Shown: positions 60,904 through 64,000 of the stretch, piece after piece
Numbering within the stretch: the stretch's first letter is position 1
Layout: the number at the start of each line of letters is the position of its first letter
From: Promethearchaeota archaeon
Lineage (GTDB): Archaea; Asgardarchaeota; Lokiarchaeia; Sigyniarchaeales; SOKP01
Assembly: GCA_019058245.1 (NCBI GenBank)
Contig: JAHPZJ010000010.1
Location: forward strand, 1-64,000
Direction of reading: 5' to 3'
DNA length: 64,000 nucleotides
Program-made: the position numbers and the translations under genes
The notes under the pieces: generated by a model
What the model was told of the DNA's origin: nothing
Database searches by the model: none
Seen by the model: only the letters and a program-made list of their open reading frames with translations

Positions 60904-61083
60904 TTAAACCATTTTATGAAGTCCTTTGTATCTATCGGTACCACAATGAATAAGCTTTGGTTGATAATCTGGATCATCCTTCTTACAATGTGATTCTGAG
61001 TCCTTACAACTCAAACGTGAAATTTGTTCAATGGCTTCACTTAATATTTTTGCAATTTGATTTTCCAATTCTTCCTCATTCAT
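60904..61083 (-). CDS. small Cys/His protein, 59 aa (not in ORF track)
   Basis: MNEEELENQIAKILSEAIEQISRLSCKDSESHCKKDDPDYQPKLIHCGTDRYKGLHKMV; first gene of the minus-strand cluster. Confidence 0.6.
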   Translation of the reverse strand: MNEEELENQIAKILSEAIEQISRLSCKDSESHCKKDDPDYQPKLIHCGTDRYKGLHKMV

Positions 61084-61326
61084 TTCTATTTAGTAAAGTT
61101 TTTGCTAACTTTTCAAGATTTCTAATCTCTAAATAATAGTCTATTTTTAAATTAAAAAGACTAGGAACTCTAAAAATAGATTTTCAAAATTACGTTCTAG
61201 TGCTACGAACAATTAGAAATCACTAAAAAATAAAAGAAAAAACCACGATGTTATCTTCACATTCCAATTCATTTTAAACTATTATTTATTTTATAAAGTA
61301 AGAAAAAATTTTTGAGGTTTTGAAGA

Positions 61327-62139
61327 ATGATTGAGTTTCCTACTGAATTACTTATCATAATAATGCCCATAACGCTTGTAATTCTTTTCATATTATATAA
61401 GTTTAAATTTAAATTATCTCGAGGATCTGTAGCATTTAACAATATCGCACATGTATTAGCTTCTTTAGGTGTTATGTTAGTAATCGTCATTGTTTCTATG
61501 GGATATATGAATAACAATATTATTTTTGTATTGAGCGTAATGCCCCCAGGTACTGCTTATATGTTATATGTTTTATATAGGATTGTTAAATCTGTTCAAC
61601 AACAAGAAAAAACGATTCAAGACATCATCGATTCAAGTTCTCAAACATCAATAGCAGTTGCTAATATTGCTACAGAATTAGCTTCAAGTGCTAGTGAAAT
61701 AAACACGTCTGCTGAAGAAATTTCCACGACAACACAGCAAATTGTAGAATATAGTCGTACATCAATGAAATCTTCTAATGAAATTGAAAATATCATGAAA
61801 TTAATCACTAATATTTCAGATCAAACAAATCTTTTAGCACTCAACGCAAGTATAGAAGCGGGAAGAGCAGGAGAAAAAGGTAAAGGATTTGGGGTTGTGG
61901 CAGACGAAGTTAGAAAGTTAGCTGAAGAATCTAAAAATGCTGTTAGTGATTCTGGCAATAAAATCAGAGAAATTTTAGACAATATAAGATTAACATCCAC
62001 TTCTATGGAAGGTATAAGTGCATCAACAGAACAACAGACTGCTTCAATGCAAGAAATTACTTCTACGGCGCATAAATTAGAAAACTTAGCAGAAGAACTA
62101 AAAGAAAAATTAACTAAAATATCTATAAAATTATCTTAA
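61327..62139 (+). CDS. methyl-accepting chemotaxis protein
   Basis: [36 protein letters not shown] hairpin signature; N-terminal TMs. Confidence 0.95.
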   Translation: MIEFPTELLIIIMPITLVILFILYKFKFKLSRGSVAFNNIAHVLASLGVMLVIVIVSMGYMNNNIIFVLSVMPPGTAYMLYVLYRIVKSVQQQEKTIQDIIDSSSQTSIAVANIATELASSASEINTSAEEISTTTQQIVEYSRTSMKSSNEIENIMKLITNISDQTNLLALNASIEAGRAGEKGKGFGVVADEVRKLAEESKNAVSDSGNKIREILDNIRLTSTSMEGISASTEQQTASMQEITSTAHKLENLAEELKEKLTKISIKLS

Positions 62140-62433
62140 TTTGATTTTTTAAATCAAATATTAATAAAATATCTCTTTTTTTTATTTTTAGGATAAATTT
62201 CCAATTTGTATCAATGTCTCATAAAATCTCGTAAATATTGTTGATTTTATTATTTCTTATAGTTATTATTCAGGAATCCTATTCTGAAAATAATCTATTA
62301 GGCTTTTTCACTTCTTTCCTTATATAAAAATATTTTAATTAGATATTTTTTGAGAAAATTAAATTTCTCAGATAAACCTTTTTTAAAAATTTAAAATTAT
62401 GAAAAAAAAAGGATATTAATATACTATTATACT

Positions 62434-63477
62434 TTATTTTCTGAATTTGAATATTTTAAGTGGAGTACAGAATTTGAGTTTAGAAAAACCTACCTGTTTT
62501 GCTTGTTTTATAAATTCCTCCTTGGTAAAAAATCCTTGAACACCATCTATAGTATGCAACATTATATTTAAATAAGAATTTGCTCGGGGAAATAGTAAAT
62601 TTGAACCAAAATAAATACCTCCAGTTTTTAAACACCGAAAAATTTCATCTAAAGACAATTTCAACTTTGACCAGTGTAATACATTTGCAGTATAAATATA
62701 ATCAAAATAATTATCGGGGTATGGTATCTGGGTAGTTGTTCCCGTTTTAAATTCAGGATGGTAAGGTTTAAGATCTATATAAGCATCCTCTGATAATTCT
62801 AAATATTTTTTTACGCTATAATAAAACTCATTGCTTGCAATATTCATAAAATCTTCATTGATATCAACACCTATTAATTTAAAATCATTTATTGGTTTGA
62901 AATTATGTTTCTTCATCACTCGAGCCCAGAAATCAGCTGTGCTAGTTCCACTTCCACAACCTAAATCTAAAAATTTTCCAGGATATTTTATAAAATCAGG
63001 AGCATATGATATTGTTGTATGTCGCATATATCCATACACTTTTTGAGCTAAAGCATCATCTAAAGTAAATAGATTAGATCCAGAGGATACATCAAAGAAT
63101 TTATTAGATAATCGATCAAATACAGCATTTGCCATGTTTTCCGAAAATTGACAAAGTGATTTATCAAATCCTTCTGGAGGTATTACTTCAATATCTAGGG
63201 TTTTATTTAATAAGAATCCAGTACTGGTTTTTTCAATTGTATTATCACTTAAAAGGGTTTCTAATAAAAGAGAAAGAAATTTATCATCAATTACATTAAA
63301 TTCTTCTTTAATTTCTGAGAATGTATGTGGTTGCTGAAGAAAGCTAAGAAAATTGTCCTTTAACCCTAAAACAACAAGATTCCGATAAAATTCACTCATT
63401 GAATCTGAAAATTTCACATATTTACTTAATTTAATTACATTTTTCCATGCTTTAATACGATTAACCAAAATTGTCAT
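62434..63477 (-). CDS. class I SAM-dependent methyltransferase with N-terminal helical domain
   Basis: FLDLGCGSG, GVDIN, PYPDNYFD, EIFRCLK.GG. Confidence 0.88.
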   Translation of the reverse strand: MTILVNRIKAWKNVIKLSKYVKFSDSMSEFYRNLVVLGLKDNFLSFLQQPHTFSEIKEEFNVIDDKFLSLLLETLLSDNTIEKTSTGFLLNKTLDIEVIPPEGFDKSLCQFSENMANAVFDRLSNKFFDVSSGSNLFTLDDALAQKVYGYMRHTTISYAPDFIKYPGKFLDLGCGSGTSTADFWARVMKKHNFKPINDFKLIGVDINEDFMNIASNEFYYSVKKYLELSEDAYIDLKPYHPEFKTGTTTQIPYPDNYFDYIYTANVLHWSKLKLSLDEIFRCLKTGGIYFGSNLLFPRANSYLNIMLHTIDGVQGFFTKEEFIKQAKQVGFSKLKFCTPLKIFKFRK

Positions 63478-63553
63478 TATAAACTATACCTTTCAATTCA
63501 AATTTTTTAAGAGTTTTTTCATTTAATTAATTATAATTCAAACAATTCTACGT

Positions 63554-64000
63554 TTACTTGCATACATTTCTTCTATTTAAAAAATCGATTACTTTAATAA
63601 GTTTATTAAGTGAGTCAGTACTCTCAGTTGTTTTCAAAAATTCGATAGTATTAAGATTTGTATTAAAGTAAGAAACTAAATAATCTTTATCAATAGAAAA
63701 CATTGAACTTACTCTGTCAATCATTTGAGGTATTACGTCTTTAAATTTAATCTCTAACTTCGAATAAAGTAAATCATCAAAAATTAGCCGATCTACTAAA
63801 GTGCCATCTAAATTGTCTATATTTGAGTGATCAAAAAATTCTGGTATTAATAAAATTCTAGGGCTTTTAGCGATTAATTGATTATCAGATTTAATTTTAT
63901 TATTCATGTTAGTAATCACGGAGTTCATCCATGGAATTTTGAAACCATCATTTAAATTAATACATATAAGATTATCACCAGAACTCCAGATATGATAAAT
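63554..64000 (-). CDS. C-terminal part of a hypothetical protein truncated by window edge
   Basis: Frame of 63554..63928 stays open to position 64000. Confidence 0.6.
   Translation of the reverse strand: MYHIWSSGDNLICINLNDGFKIPWMNSVITNMNNKIKSDNQLIAKSPRILLIPEFFDHSNIDNLDGTLVDRLIFDDLLYSKLEIKFKDVIPQMIDRVSSMFSIDKDYLVSYFNTNLNTIEFLKTTESTDSLNKLIKVIDFLNRRNVCK

Noticed and set aside
1-64000. CRISPR arrays, tRNA or rRNA genes, integrases
   Set aside because: No regularly spaced repeats, cloverleaf-like or long GC-rich structural RNA segments, or recombinase motifs seen by eye; a tRNAscan/Infernal run would be definitive

Overview
AT-rich archaeal chromosomal DNA that most likely comes from an Asgard archaeon (Lokiarchaeia/Promethearchaeota). 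This is inferred from a eukaryote-like actin, a Loki-type profilin domain, TrmB/ArsR regulators, TATA-box promoters and GAGGTG Shine-Dalgarno motifs. Recognisable content: pyruvate kinase; a leuACDB operon; a GC-richer FAD/Fe-S oxidoreductase trio inside an ~84-bp direct repeat; ABC transporters; a two-repeat voltage-gated K+ channel; a PadR-led operon with two BtrH-like papain-fold proteins, a methyltransferase, a single and a tandem-double UvrA-like ATPase and a prenyltransferase-fold protein; decayed acr3 and arsC genes; and an MCP. No rRNA, tRNA or CRISPR array was seen. Four hidden signals stand out. (1) Two paralogous beta-grasp-like genes (58.3-60.6 kb) end in tandem in-frame TGA-TGA codons (G-C-U-U and D-U-U, with Cys aligned to TGA). 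Each continues into a conserved in-frame tail and carries a near-identical eukaryote-type SECIS hairpin, suggesting an unannotated family of tandem-selenocysteine proteins. (2) A 33-aa leader peptide ending in seven consecutive Leu codons, plus a hairpin, lies upstream of leuA and looks like attenuation in an archaeon. (3) The actin operon encodes a profilin-TrmB-HTH fusion, and a TGTCAC-N6-GTGACA palindrome sits at the actin promoter. (4) Several genes appear to start at ATT/ATA codons, including actin. All family calls come from motif recognition by eye; no searches were run.
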